43,211 bases of DNA from Nemertoderma westbladi (lineage: Eukaryota; Animalia; Xenacoelomorpha), in NCBI GenBank assembly GCA_032718475.1, contig JAUCBJ010001684.1:1-43211 (forward strand). Direction: 5' to 3'. The position numbers and the translations under genes were made by a program. Below, piece after piece: positions 26,167 through 37,154 of the stretch (positions are counted from its first letter, which is position 1; each line of letters opens with the position of its first letter). Below the pieces are notes generated by a model, which saw only the letters and a list, made by a program, of their open reading frames with translations, made no database searches and was not told the origin of the DNA.

Positions 26167-26770
26167 GGCGTGCAGCTAGCTGGGTGACTGGTAGGCGCCC
26201 ATGTGTAGAATACCAGGATTTCACTTTTCAGTCGACTTTTTATTGGAATAATATATGAAGATTTTTTTGTTCTTTTAATTTATCTTTATTAAGTGTTTTA
26301 TAGCGCTTATTTCTGTCTTATAACCTGTACATATACTAATTCATTTATTGTTTTGGTTAGATTCAAACCTTCCGTAACCTGTGTTTTTGGTGAAAACCTG
26401 GTATTCTTCACATGGGGGTAACTGCATAGTGAAATATAACGGCAGAAAGTCTGGTATTCTTCACATGGGCCCTGGTAGGGGTCACTCAATTTGCTTCTAG
26501 CTGTGAGGCCCAGAGTTCGAACCCGTGCGGAGCCAGTATAACTATGGTGCGGAAACCCAGCAAAATGGTAACCTGACTACTACCGGGTGACTAAATAAAA
26601 GGGTTGGATAATGGATAGTTACGGATACGGAATATTCACCCTTGAGAGTTGGTGAGGCGCCCTCCTTACAGCTACAGCCTACAGGTAACAGTCAAGAGAG
26701 GTAGGACTAGGATCCTTCAGATTGCCTCCGGTGTGTAAGTGTTCCACGAATACAGATAAATTTACTTTAC
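26167..26770 (+). mobile_element. Probable tRNA-derived SINE whose head is split by the 26196-26471 MITE
   Basis: A-box-like TAGCTGGGTGACTGG before the MITE and B-box-like GAGTTCGAACCC at 26513-26524. Spacing becomes tRNA-like once the MITE is removed. Ends in TTTACTTTAC. Confidence 0.45.
26196..26471. mobile_element. MITE with ~21-bp TIRs and 8-bp TSD
   Basis: Ends CGCCCATGTGTAGAATACCAG and CTGGTATTCTTCACATGGGCC, flanked by CTGGTAGG at 26188-26195 and 26472-26479. Confidence 0.8.
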
Positions 26771-27115
26771 AATCCTAGCCTATCCTAGTGTAAGCATGCA
26801 TAAGATAAACAGAAAAACGCTAAAAAGTATATTTAACCGAAAACCAACACAATAACCAAAATATCGCACAGATCATGGTTCTTGAAATAATAGAATACTT
26901 AATATCTGTGATGGATTATGATATAATATAAATAGGCCTATTAGCATCAGTAAATTATAGTATTACAGTTACAGTCTGTACAGTACTTTAGTAAATAGCA
27001 AATGGAACCATCAGGCATCAGCTTTGCAAAATGGCGCCGTCTAAAATCCAGAACATATCAGCAAGCTGTAGGCCTAACAAAATAAAGTGTTGCATCTGAT
27101 TACAAAATGACTCAC

Positions 27116-27163
27116 CTGTAGCCAGCTTATTGACGAAGTTAACCCTAGCAGCCAATGTAGAGG
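27116..27163 (-). CDS. Candidate 48-nt upstream exon (or 3' end of a first exon) of the ZNF608-like gene
   Basis: Strong donor CAG|GTGAGT and plausible acceptor CCTTCCTAACAG|. It is open in the phase-1 frame required by the 533-nt exon (STLAARVNFVNKLAT-G) but has no recognisable family motif. Confidence 0.25.
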
Positions 27164-28363
27164 CTGTTAGGAAGGTTTCAATTAAGTATATTTTATGTAA
27201 ATATCTTGGTTTGATGCGGCAAGTCGAAAAAAGTTGAAGAAGTGGGCGAACTGACTATGAGTCAATTACTATATATAAGCAATATTCCAAAATTCGGCTA
27301 TGTGAGTAATTATAGCTAAACACTATACTGATATAATATTATATCGTATCTAACTGAACAAACTTAATCAAACTGAATTCACAAATATTAATTGACGCAA
27401 ATTTTACCAATAAAGACATTGAACATCTAATTGAGTGCAAATTTGACGGATAATTACCCAAGAAAGAATAAATTACTTCGCCAAATACAATTAGGAGATA
27501 AAGACACAACAACTCCTCAATGAAAACGATAAACAACATTTTATCGCCATGAGCTGAGGAGCTCAGATCAGAATTATAGGAGAAACCCAAGATAAATGAT
27601 TATAAATAGGCTGACGACTGGATTGCCTTACACAACACTCATTCAACATGCCAGGCCAAGTGCATACAACTCAACCTGCCACATTATAGAGACAGTTGTT
27701 GGTGTTAGCAAATAGAAAGAGAGAACACACAAATACAAGCATCTGATTGGACGACGCCATTCTCTTTGTCCACTACCAGGAGAAGAGGTGATCACTTTGC
27801 TGGGCTGGCGGGCGCAGAAATAATCTCAGTCTCATTTGAAGGCTGAAGGCATGGAATAGGAATAATTAAGTACCATACCAATGGGATGGGATTATTAGGG
27901 GACAGGGACATGCTATTATTATTATTAGTTGTGTGTGCTGTTACTTTGTGTGCTGAACTGAGAACAAGACCTGGTGAAGGCATTGACATAAACAGTAAAA
28001 TAATACCATTATTATACCGATAAAATAGTTTAAACGGAAGTAAGATAAAAAAAACAACGTGCCGACTTCATTCAGGGAGATTATAACATACGAAAAGTTT
28101 AAGTTCAACGACGCTTCGCTACTTGCTCTCACAGTAAGCGATTTTTTAATGAATTAATTGTTATTATTTTTTTATAGGTTAACTTCAGTAAGATTAAGGA
28201 TGTCTACTTTAAATTTTGGGAAGTAGGTTAACTTTAAGATTGAGGATCGTAGGTTAATTTTAAGTTGGGGTGAAGGTTCCTTTTAGTTAAGTTAGACCCA
28301 TTAAGTAATGGTGCGCGGCCTGGTTGTTACCGTTGCGTTGCGTTGGATACATAATATAAATTA

Positions 28364-28786
28364 GGGGCCGTCCAAGTATGACGTCAGCACTTTAGGGGGG
28401 GGGGGGGGGGGAGGGGGGTTGGGAAAATCTGATGACGTGCTGATGAGGGGAGGGGAGGGGAGGGGGTCAGCCAAAATCTGACGTCAGCATGTTCATTTAT
28501 AGGTGCTAGAAGAGATAAAGCAGAAGAGTAAATAGCTTGCCTATTTAAATTGTTCGAAGCCCCCGAATGCCCGTAGCACGACTTTCTGTTTCAGTTACAA
28601 GTCACCATGTTTCAGTGATTAGGACGCGAAAATTTTTTAATCTGATTTAGGGGAGGGGGGGGGGGGTGGTCAACGCCTGGGGGGGGGGGGGGGGGTGGTC
28701 AACGCCTATCTGATGACATCTGATTTTGGGGATGGAGGGGGTCAACATTTTGGGGAAAAGTGCAGACGTCATACTTGGACGACCCC
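28364..28786. mobile_element. PIF/Harbinger-type MITE (423 bp)
   Basis: 30-bp TIRs GGGGYCGTCCAAGTATGACGTCWGCACTTT (2 mismatches), flanked by TTA at 28361-28363 and 28787-28789. A TWA TSD is characteristic of PIF/Harbinger. Confidence 0.9.
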
Positions 28787-28836
28787 TTAGGCGGTAGAGC
28801 TGACCAGCGGTAACTGTGGTCTGCTCCACCCTCCAC

Positions 28837-29953
28837 CACTTTATTTAGTTAAATTGAGGGATGTAGGTTTACTTTAGTTAGATTTGGGGGATGTAGGTTC
28901 ACTTTAGATTTGGGGGATCTAGGTTCACTTTAGATTGGGGGATGTAGGTTCACTTTAGATTGGGGGATGTAGGTTCACTTTAGATTGGGGGATGTAGGTT
29001 CACTTTAGATTGGGGGATGTAGGTTTATTTGAGATTGGGGGATGTAGGTTCACTTTAGATTGGGGAATGCAGGTTCACTTTAGATTGGGGGATGTAGGTT
29101 CACTTTAGATTGGGGGATGTAGGTTCACTTTAGATTGGGGGATGTAGGTTCACTTTAGATTGGGGGATGTAGGTTCACTTTAGATTGGGGGATGTAGGTT
29201 CACTTTAGATTGGGGGATGTAGGTTCACTTTAGATTGGGGGATGTAGATTCACTTTATATTGGGGGATGTAGGTTTATTTGAGATTGGGGGATGTAGGTT
29301 CACTTTAGATTGTGGGATGTAGGTTCACTTTAGATTGGGGATGTAGGTTTATTTGAGATTGGGGGATGTAGGTTCACTTTAGATTGGGGGATGTAGGTTC
29401 ACTTTAGATTGGGGGATGTAGGTTCACTTTAGATTGGGGATGTAGGTTTATTTGAGATTGGGGGTTGTAGGTTCACTTTAGATTGGGGAATGCAGGTTCA
29501 CTTTAGATTGGGGAATGCAGGTTCACTTTAGATTGGGGGATGTAGGTTCAATATAGATTGGGGGATGTAGGTTTACTTTAGATTGGGGGATGTAGGTTCA
29601 CTTTAGTTAGATTGGAGGATGTAGGTTCACTTTAGTTAGATTGGAGGATGTAGGTTCACTTTAGATTGGGGGATGTAGGTTTACTTTAGATTGGGGGATG
29701 TAGGTTCACTTTAGATTGGGGGATGTAGGTTGACTTTAGATTGAGGGATGTAGGTTCACTTTAGATTGGGGGATGTAGGTTCACTTTAGATTGGGGATGT
29801 AGGTTCACTTTAGATTGGGGGATGTAGGTTCACTTTAGATTGGGGGATGTAGGTTTATTTGAGATTGGGGGATGTAGGTACACTTGATATTGGGGATGTA
29901 GGTTCACTTTAGATTGGGGGATGTAGGTTCACTTTAGATTGGGGGATGTAGGT
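28837..29953. repeat. G-rich satellite, 25-bp unit TTGGGGGATGTAGGTTCACTTTAGA, left arm (~44 units)
   Basis: Directly visible tandem array ending ...TGGGGGATGTAGGT at the LINE junction. Confidence 0.98.
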
Positions 29954-31112
29954 GTTCCCCCTGAGGTCTTTAAAATACCTGAGTGTTTAAAGCTCAACTA
30001 TCCCATCATAGTAGAACAACAAGAGTCCCACAAGAAATGAAAACAAATAAGTTGGTGCCAGTTCCCAAGAAGGGCAACCTAACACTCTATGGTTCTTTTC
30101 GGGGAATCTCATTGATCTCGATTGCTGCAAAGCTATACAATAGAATTCTATTAAATCGCATCAGGGATCCCATTGAGAGACTGCTCCGTGGAAATCGGAA
30201 TGGGTTCCGTAAAGGTCGTGGGACCATGGAACCCATTTTGGCACTTAGAAGGATAATTGAAGAGTTATCAAAAAAGAAAGACAGGCATCTGGCTGTTATC
30301 TTTGTTGACTTCTTCAAGGCCTTTGATTCAGTCTCCCGCTCACGTATGTTCAGCATACTTTCAGTATATGGGATTCCTGATGAAATTATTGCAGCAATCA
30401 GATCAGTATACGATGGTTCGACAACATTTGTGTCTACTGTGGATGGTGACACAGAACCATTTGAAGTGTTATGGGGCATCCTCCAGGGAGACACACTTGC
30501 ACCATTCTTGTTCATAATTGTGGTTGACTATGTTCTACGCATGTCCTTAGATCATCATAATGATGACGGGGTGATGATAACTCCACCTACTGGCTCCAGA
30601 AGTCGAGGAAATCCTGCCAAGTACCTAACTGATCTAGACTTTGCTGATGACTTAGGAGTACTCTCAGAATCACTAGAGGGAGCCCAACGGCTCCTCAGCT
30701 CATTAGAACATGCTGCTTCTAGTGTTGGTCTTTTTATTAACTCCAGAAAGACCAAAATTTTGACAGTTAACTTTGAAAGTTCTCAGCAAGTCTCTGATCG
30801 GAAGAGCATAAGCTCAAAGGATGGTATGCTTGAGCATGTGGACGACTTCTGTTACCTGGGATCATGGATCCGGAAGTTAGGTGAGGACCTTCGAATACGT
30901 AAGGGAATGGCATGGGCAGCTTTGAATAGGCTTTCCAGGATTTGGAAGTCACCGAGAATTAATCGGAAACTTAAGGTCCGATTATTTAGAGCAGCAGTAG
31001 TTCCAGTACTCCTCTATGGGAGTCCATGCTGGGCTCTAACTGCTGAGGACACCAAATCTCTAGATGGCACATTCACAAGAATGCTACGCCGGGTTCATTG
31101 TGTCAAGTACAA
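29954..31112 (+). mobile_element. Non-LTR retrotransposon fragment (RTE-clade-like), reverse-transcriptase domain only, truncated at both ends
   Basis: ORF 29983..31158 has LINE RT motifs PVPKKG, RGISL, GFRKGR, FVDFxKAFDS, GILQGDTLAPFLF, DLDFADD, FCYLGS and VLLYG. A different frame at 29951 gives GVPPEVFK, implying a frameshift near 29990-30040. No endonuclease domain, 3'UTR or tail; the last ~15 codons are satellite read-through. Clade assignment is from motif recall. Confidence 0.92.
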
Positions 31113-34100
31113 TGGGGGATGTAGGTTCACTTTAGATTGGGGATATAGGTTTATTTGAGATTGGGGGATGTAGGTTCACTTTCGATTGGGGGATGTAGGT
31201 TCACTTTAGATTTGGGATATAGGTTTATTTGAGATTGGGGATGTAGGTTCACTTTAGATTGGGGGATGTAGGTTCACTTTCGATTGGGGGATGTAGGTTC
31301 ACTTTAGATTGGGGATATAGATTTATTTGAGATTGGGGATGTAGGTTCACTTTAGATTGGGGATGTAGGTTTATTTGAGATTGGGGGATGTAGGTTCACT
31401 TTCGATTGGGGGATGTATGTTCACTTTAGATTGGGGATATAGGTTTATTTGAGATTGGGGGATGTAGGTTCACTTTAGATTGGGGATGTAGGTTTATTTG
31501 AGATTGGGGGATGTAGGTCCACTTTAGATTGGGGATATAGGTTTATTTGAGATTGGGGGATGTAGGTTCACTTTCGATTGGGGGATGTATGTTCACTTTA
31601 GATTGGGGATATAGGTTTATTTGAGATTGGGGGATGTAGGTTCACTTTCGATTGGGGGATGTATGTTCACTTTAGATTGGGGATATAGGTTTATTTGAGA
31701 TTGGGGGATGTAGGTTCACTTTCGATTGGGGGATGTAGGTTCACTTTAGATTGGGGATGTAGGTTTATTTGAGATTGGGGGATGTAGGTTCACTTTAGAT
31801 TGGGGATGTAGGTTTATTTGAGATTGGGGGATGTAGGTTCACTTTAGATTGGGGGATGTAGGTTCACTTTAGATCGGGGATGTAGGTTCACTTTAGATCG
31901 GGGATGTAGGTTCAATATAGATTTGGGGGATGTAGGTTTATTTGAGATTGGGGGATGTAGGTTCACTTTAGATTGGGGATGTAGGTTTATTTGAGATTGG
32001 GGGATGTAGGTCCACTTTAGATTGGGGGATGTAGGTTCACTTTAGATTGGGGATGTAGGTTTATTTGAGATTGTGGGATGTAGGTCCACTTTAGATTGGG
32101 GATATAGGTTCACTTTAGATTGGGGATGTAGGTTTATTTGAGATTGGGGGGATGTAGGTTCACTTTAGATTGGGGGATGTAGGTTCACTTTAGATTGGGG
32201 ATGTAGGTTTATTTGAGATTGGGGGATGTAGGTCCACTTTAGATTGGGGATATAGGTTTATTTGAGATTGGGGGATGTAGGTTCACTTTAGATTGGGGGA
32301 TGTAGGTTCACTTTAGATCGGGGATATAGGTTTATTTGAGATTGGGGGATGTAGGTTCACTTTAGATTGGGGATGTAGGTTTATTTGAGATTGGGGGATG
32401 TAGGTCCACTTTAGATTGGGGATGCAGGTTTATTTGAGATTGGGGGATGTAGGTTCACTTTAGATTGGGGAATGTAGGTTCACTTTAGCTTGTTAGTTAG
32501 ATTGAGAGATGGAGGTACACTTGATATTGGAGATGTAGGTTTATTTGAGATTGGGGGATGTAGGTTCACTTTCGATTGGGGGATGTAGGTTCACTTTAGA
32601 TCGGGGATATAGGTTTATTTGAGATTGGGGGATGTAGGTTCACTTTAGATTGGGGATGTAGGTTTATTTGAGATTGGGGGATGTAGGTCCACTTTAGATT
32701 GGGGATGCAGGTTTATTTGAGATTGGGGGATGTAGGTTTACTTTAGATTGGGGGATGTAGGTTCACTTTAGATTGGGGAATGTAGGTTCACTTTAGCTTG
32801 TTAGTTAGATTGAGAGATGGAGGTACACTTGATATTGGAGATGTAGGTTTATTTGAGATTGGGGGATGTAGGTTCACTTTCGATTGGGGGATGTAGGTTC
32901 ACTTTAGATCGGGGATATAGGTTTATTTGAGATTGGGGATGTAGGTTCACTTTAGATTGGGGATGCAGGTTTATTTGAGATTGGGGGATGTAGGTTTACT
33001 TTAGATTGGGGGATGTAGGTTCACTTTAGATTGGGGAATGTAGGTTCACTTTAGCTTGTTAGTTAGATTGAGAGATGGAGGTACACTTGATATTGGAGAT
33101 GTAGGTTTATTTGAGATTGGGGGATGTAGGTTCACTTTCGATTGGGGGATGTAGGTTCACTTTAGATCGGGGATATAGGTTTATTTGAGATTGGGGGATG
33201 TAGGTTCAATATAGATTGGGGGATGTAGGTTCACTTTAGATTGGGGAATGTAGGTTCACTTTAGATTGGGGGATGTAGGTTCACTTTAGATTGGGGAATG
33301 TAGGTTCACTTTAGATTGGGGGATGTAGGTTCACTTTAGCTTGTTAGTTAGATTGAGAGATGGAGGTACACTTGATATTGGAGATGTAGGTTTATTTGAG
33401 ATTGGTGGATGTAGGTACACTTTAGATTGGGGGATGTAGGTTCACTTTCGATTGGGGGATGTAGGTTCACTTTAGATTGGGGGATATAGGTTTATTTGAG
33501 ATTGGGGGATGTAGGTTCACTTTAGATTGGGGGATGTAGGTTTACTTTAGATTGGGGGATGTAGGTTCACTTTAGATTGGGGGATGTAGGTTCACTTTAG
33601 ATTTGGGGGATGTAGGTTCACTTTAGATTGGGGGATGTAGGTTCACTTTAGATTGGGGGATGTAGGTTCACTTTAGATTGGGGGATGTAGGTTCACTTTA
33701 GATTGGGGGATGTAGGTTCACTTTAGATTGGGGGATGTAGGTTCACTTTAGATTGGGGAATGTAGGTTCACTTTAGATTGGGGAATGTAGGTTCACTTTA
33801 GATTGGGGGATGTAGGTTCACTTTAGCTTGTTAGTTAGATTGAGAGATGGAGGTACACTTGATATTGGAGATGTATGTTTATTTGAGATTGGTGGATGTA
33901 GGTACACTTTAGATTGGGTGATGTAGGTTTATTTGATATGGGGGGATGTAGGTACACTTTAGATTGGGGGATGTAGGTTCACTTTAGATTGGGGGATGTA
34001 GGTTCACTTTAGATTGGGGGATGTAGGTTCACTTTAGATTGGGGGATGTAGGTTCACTTTATATTGTTAGTTAGATTGAGAGATGGAGGTTTGATATTGG

Positions 34101-37100
34101 AGATGTATGTTTATTTGAGATTGGGGGATGTAGGTTCACTTTAGATTGGGGGTAAAGGTTTATTTGAGATTGGGGGATGTAGGTTCACTTTAGATTGGGG
34201 GATGTAGGTTCACTTTAGATTGTTAGTTAGATTGAGAGATGAAGGTATACTTGATATTGGAGATGTAGGTTTATTTGAGATGGGGGGATGTAGGTTCACT
34301 TTAGATTGGGGGTAAAGGTTTATTTGAGATTGGGGGATGTAGGTTCACTTTAGATTGGGGGATGTAGGTTCACTTTAGATTGTTAGTTAGATTGAGAGAT
34401 GAAGGTACACTTGATATTGGAGATGTAGGTTTATTTGAGATTGGGGGATGTAGGTTCACTTTAGATTGGGGGATGTAGGTTCACTTTAGATTGGGGGATG
34501 TAGGTACACTTTAGATTGGGGGATGTAGGTTCACTTTAGATTGTTAGTTAGATTGAGAGATGAAGGTACACTTGATATTGGAGATGTAGGTTTATTTGAG
34601 ATGGGGGGATGTAGGTTCACTTTAGATTGTTAGTTAGATTGAGAGATGGAGGTACACTTGATATTGGAGATGTAGGTTTATTTGAGATTGAGGGATGTAG
34701 GTTCACTTTAGATTGGGGTATGTAGGTACACTTTAGATTGGGGGATGTAGGTTCACTTTATATTGTTAGTTAGATTGAGAGATGGAGGTTTGATATTGGA
34801 GATGTAGGTTTATTTGAGATTGGGGGATGTAGGTTCACTTTAGATTGGGGGATGTAGGTTCACTTTAGATTGGGGGATGTAGGTTCACTTTAGATTGGGG
34901 ATATAGGTTTATTTGAGATTGGGGGATGTAGGTTCACTTTAGATTGGGGGATGTAGGTTCACTTTAGATTGGGGGATGTAGGTTCACTTTAGATTGGGGG
35001 ATATAGGTTCACTTTAGATTGGGGGATGTAGGTTCACTTTAGTTAGATTTGGGGGATGTAGGTTAACTTTAGATTTGGGGGATGTAGGTTCACTTTACAT
35101 TTGGGGGATGTAGGTTCACTTTAGATTGGGGGATGTAGGTTCACTTTAGAGTGGGGATGCAGGTTTATTTGAGATTGGGGGATGTAGGTTCAATATAGAT
35201 TAGGGGATGTAGGTTCACTTTAGATTGGGGGATGTAGGTTCACTTTAGATTGGGGGATGTAGGTTCACTTTAGATTGGGGGATGTAGGTTCACTTTAGAT
35301 TTGGGGGATGTAGGTTCACTTTAGATTGGGGGATGTAGGTTCACTTTAGATTGGGGGATGTAGGTTCACTTTAGATTGGGGGATGTAGGTTCACTTTAGA
35401 TTGGGGGATGTAGGTTCACTTTAGATTTGGGGGATGTAGGTTCACTTTAGATTGGGGGATGTAGGTTCACTTTAGATTGGGGATGTAGGTTTATTTGAGA
35501 TTTGGGGATGTATAGGTTCACTTTAGATTGGGGGATGTAGGTTCACTTTAGATTGGGGGATGTAGGTTTATTTGAGATTGGGGGATGTAGGTTCACTTTA
35601 GATTGGGGGATGTAGGTTCACTTTAGATTGGGGGATGTAGGTTCACTTTAGATTGTGGGATGTAGGTTCACTTTAGATTGGGGATGTAGGTTTATTTGAG
35701 ATTGGGGGATGTAGGTTCACTTTAGATTGGGGGATGTAGGTTCACTTTAGATTGGGGGATGTAGGTTCACTTTAGATTGGGGGATGTAGGTTCACTTTAG
35801 ATTTGGGGGATGTAGGTTCACTTTAGATTGGGGGATGTAGGTTCACTTTAGATTGGGGATGTAGGTTTATTTGAGATTGGGGGATGTATAGGTTCACTTT
35901 AGATTGGGGGATGTAGGTTCACTTTAGAGTGGGGATGCAGGTTTATTTGAGATTGGGGGATGTAGGTTCAATATAGATTAGGGGATGTAGGTTCACTTTA
36001 GATTGGGGGATGTAGGTTCACTTTAGATTGGGGGATGTAGGTTCACTTTAGATTGGGGGATGTAGGTTCACTTTAGATTTGGGGGATGTAGGTTCACTTT
36101 AGATTGGGGGATGTAGGTTCACTTTAGATTGGGGATGTAGGTTTATTTGAGATTGGGGGATGTATAGGTTCACTTTAGATTGGGGGATGTAGGTTCACTT
36201 TAGATTGGGGGATGTAGGTTTATTTGAGATTGGGGGATGTAGGTTCACTTTAGATTGGGGGATGTAGGTTCACTTTAGATTTGGGGATGTAGGTTCACTT
36301 TAGATTGTGGGATGTAGGTTCACTTTAGATTGGGGATGTAGGTTTATTTGAGATTGGGGGATGTAGGTTCACTTTAGATTGGGGGATGTAGGTTCACTTT
36401 AGATTGGGGGATGTAGGTTCACTTTAGATTGGGGGATGTAGGTTCACTTTAGATTGGGGGATGTAGGTTCACTTTAGATTTGGGGGATGTAGGTTCACTT
36501 TAGATTGGGGGATGTAGGTTCACTTTAGATTGGGGGATGTAGGTTCACTTTAGATTGGGGGATGTAGGTTCACTTTAGATTGGGGGATGTAGGTTCACTT
36601 TAGATTTGGGGGATGTAGGTTCACTTTAGATTGGGGGATGTAGGTTCACTTTAGATTGGGGATGTAGGTTTATTTGAGATTGGGGGATGTATAGGTTCAC
36701 TTTAGATTGGGGGATGTAGGTTCACTTTAGATTGGGGGATGTAGGTTTATTTGAGATTGGGGGATGTAGGTTCACTTTAGATTGGGGGATGTAGGTTCAC
36801 TTTAGATTGGGGGATGTAGGTTCACTTTAGATTGTGGGATGTAGGTTCACTTTAGATTGGGGATGTAGGTTTATTTGAGATTGGGGGATGTAGGTTCACT
36901 TTAGATTGGGGGATGTAGGTTCACTTTAGATTGGGGGATGTAGGTTCACTTTAGATTGGGGATGTAGGTTTATTTGAGATTGGGGGTTGTAGGTTCACTT
37001 TAGATTGGGGGATGTAGGTTCACTTTAGATTGGGGGATGTAGGTTCACTTTAGTGAGATGGGAGGATGTAGGTTCACTTTAGTGAGATGGGAGGATGTAG

Positions 37101-37154
37101 GTTCACTTTAGTGAGATGGGAGGATGTAGGTTTACTTATATTGGGGGGTGTAGG
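31113..37154. repeat. G-rich 25-bp satellite, right arm (~240 units), with variant sub-blocks
   Basis: Same unit as the left arm, plus the variant GTAGGTTTATTTGAGA and a recurring longer variant TTGTTAGTTAGATTGAGAGATGGAGGTACACTTGATATTGGAG. Confidence 0.98.

Noticed and set aside
30087-30952. Minus-strand and alternate-frame ORFs within the LINE
   Set aside because: Shadows of the RT frame.
28837-37154. Telomerase-, retron- or DRT-like system (RT gene between G-rich repeats)
   Set aside because: The RT motifs are those of a non-LTR retrotransposon, the copy is frameshifted and truncated, and the array has unique sequence on both sides. No template RNA or promoter is evident.
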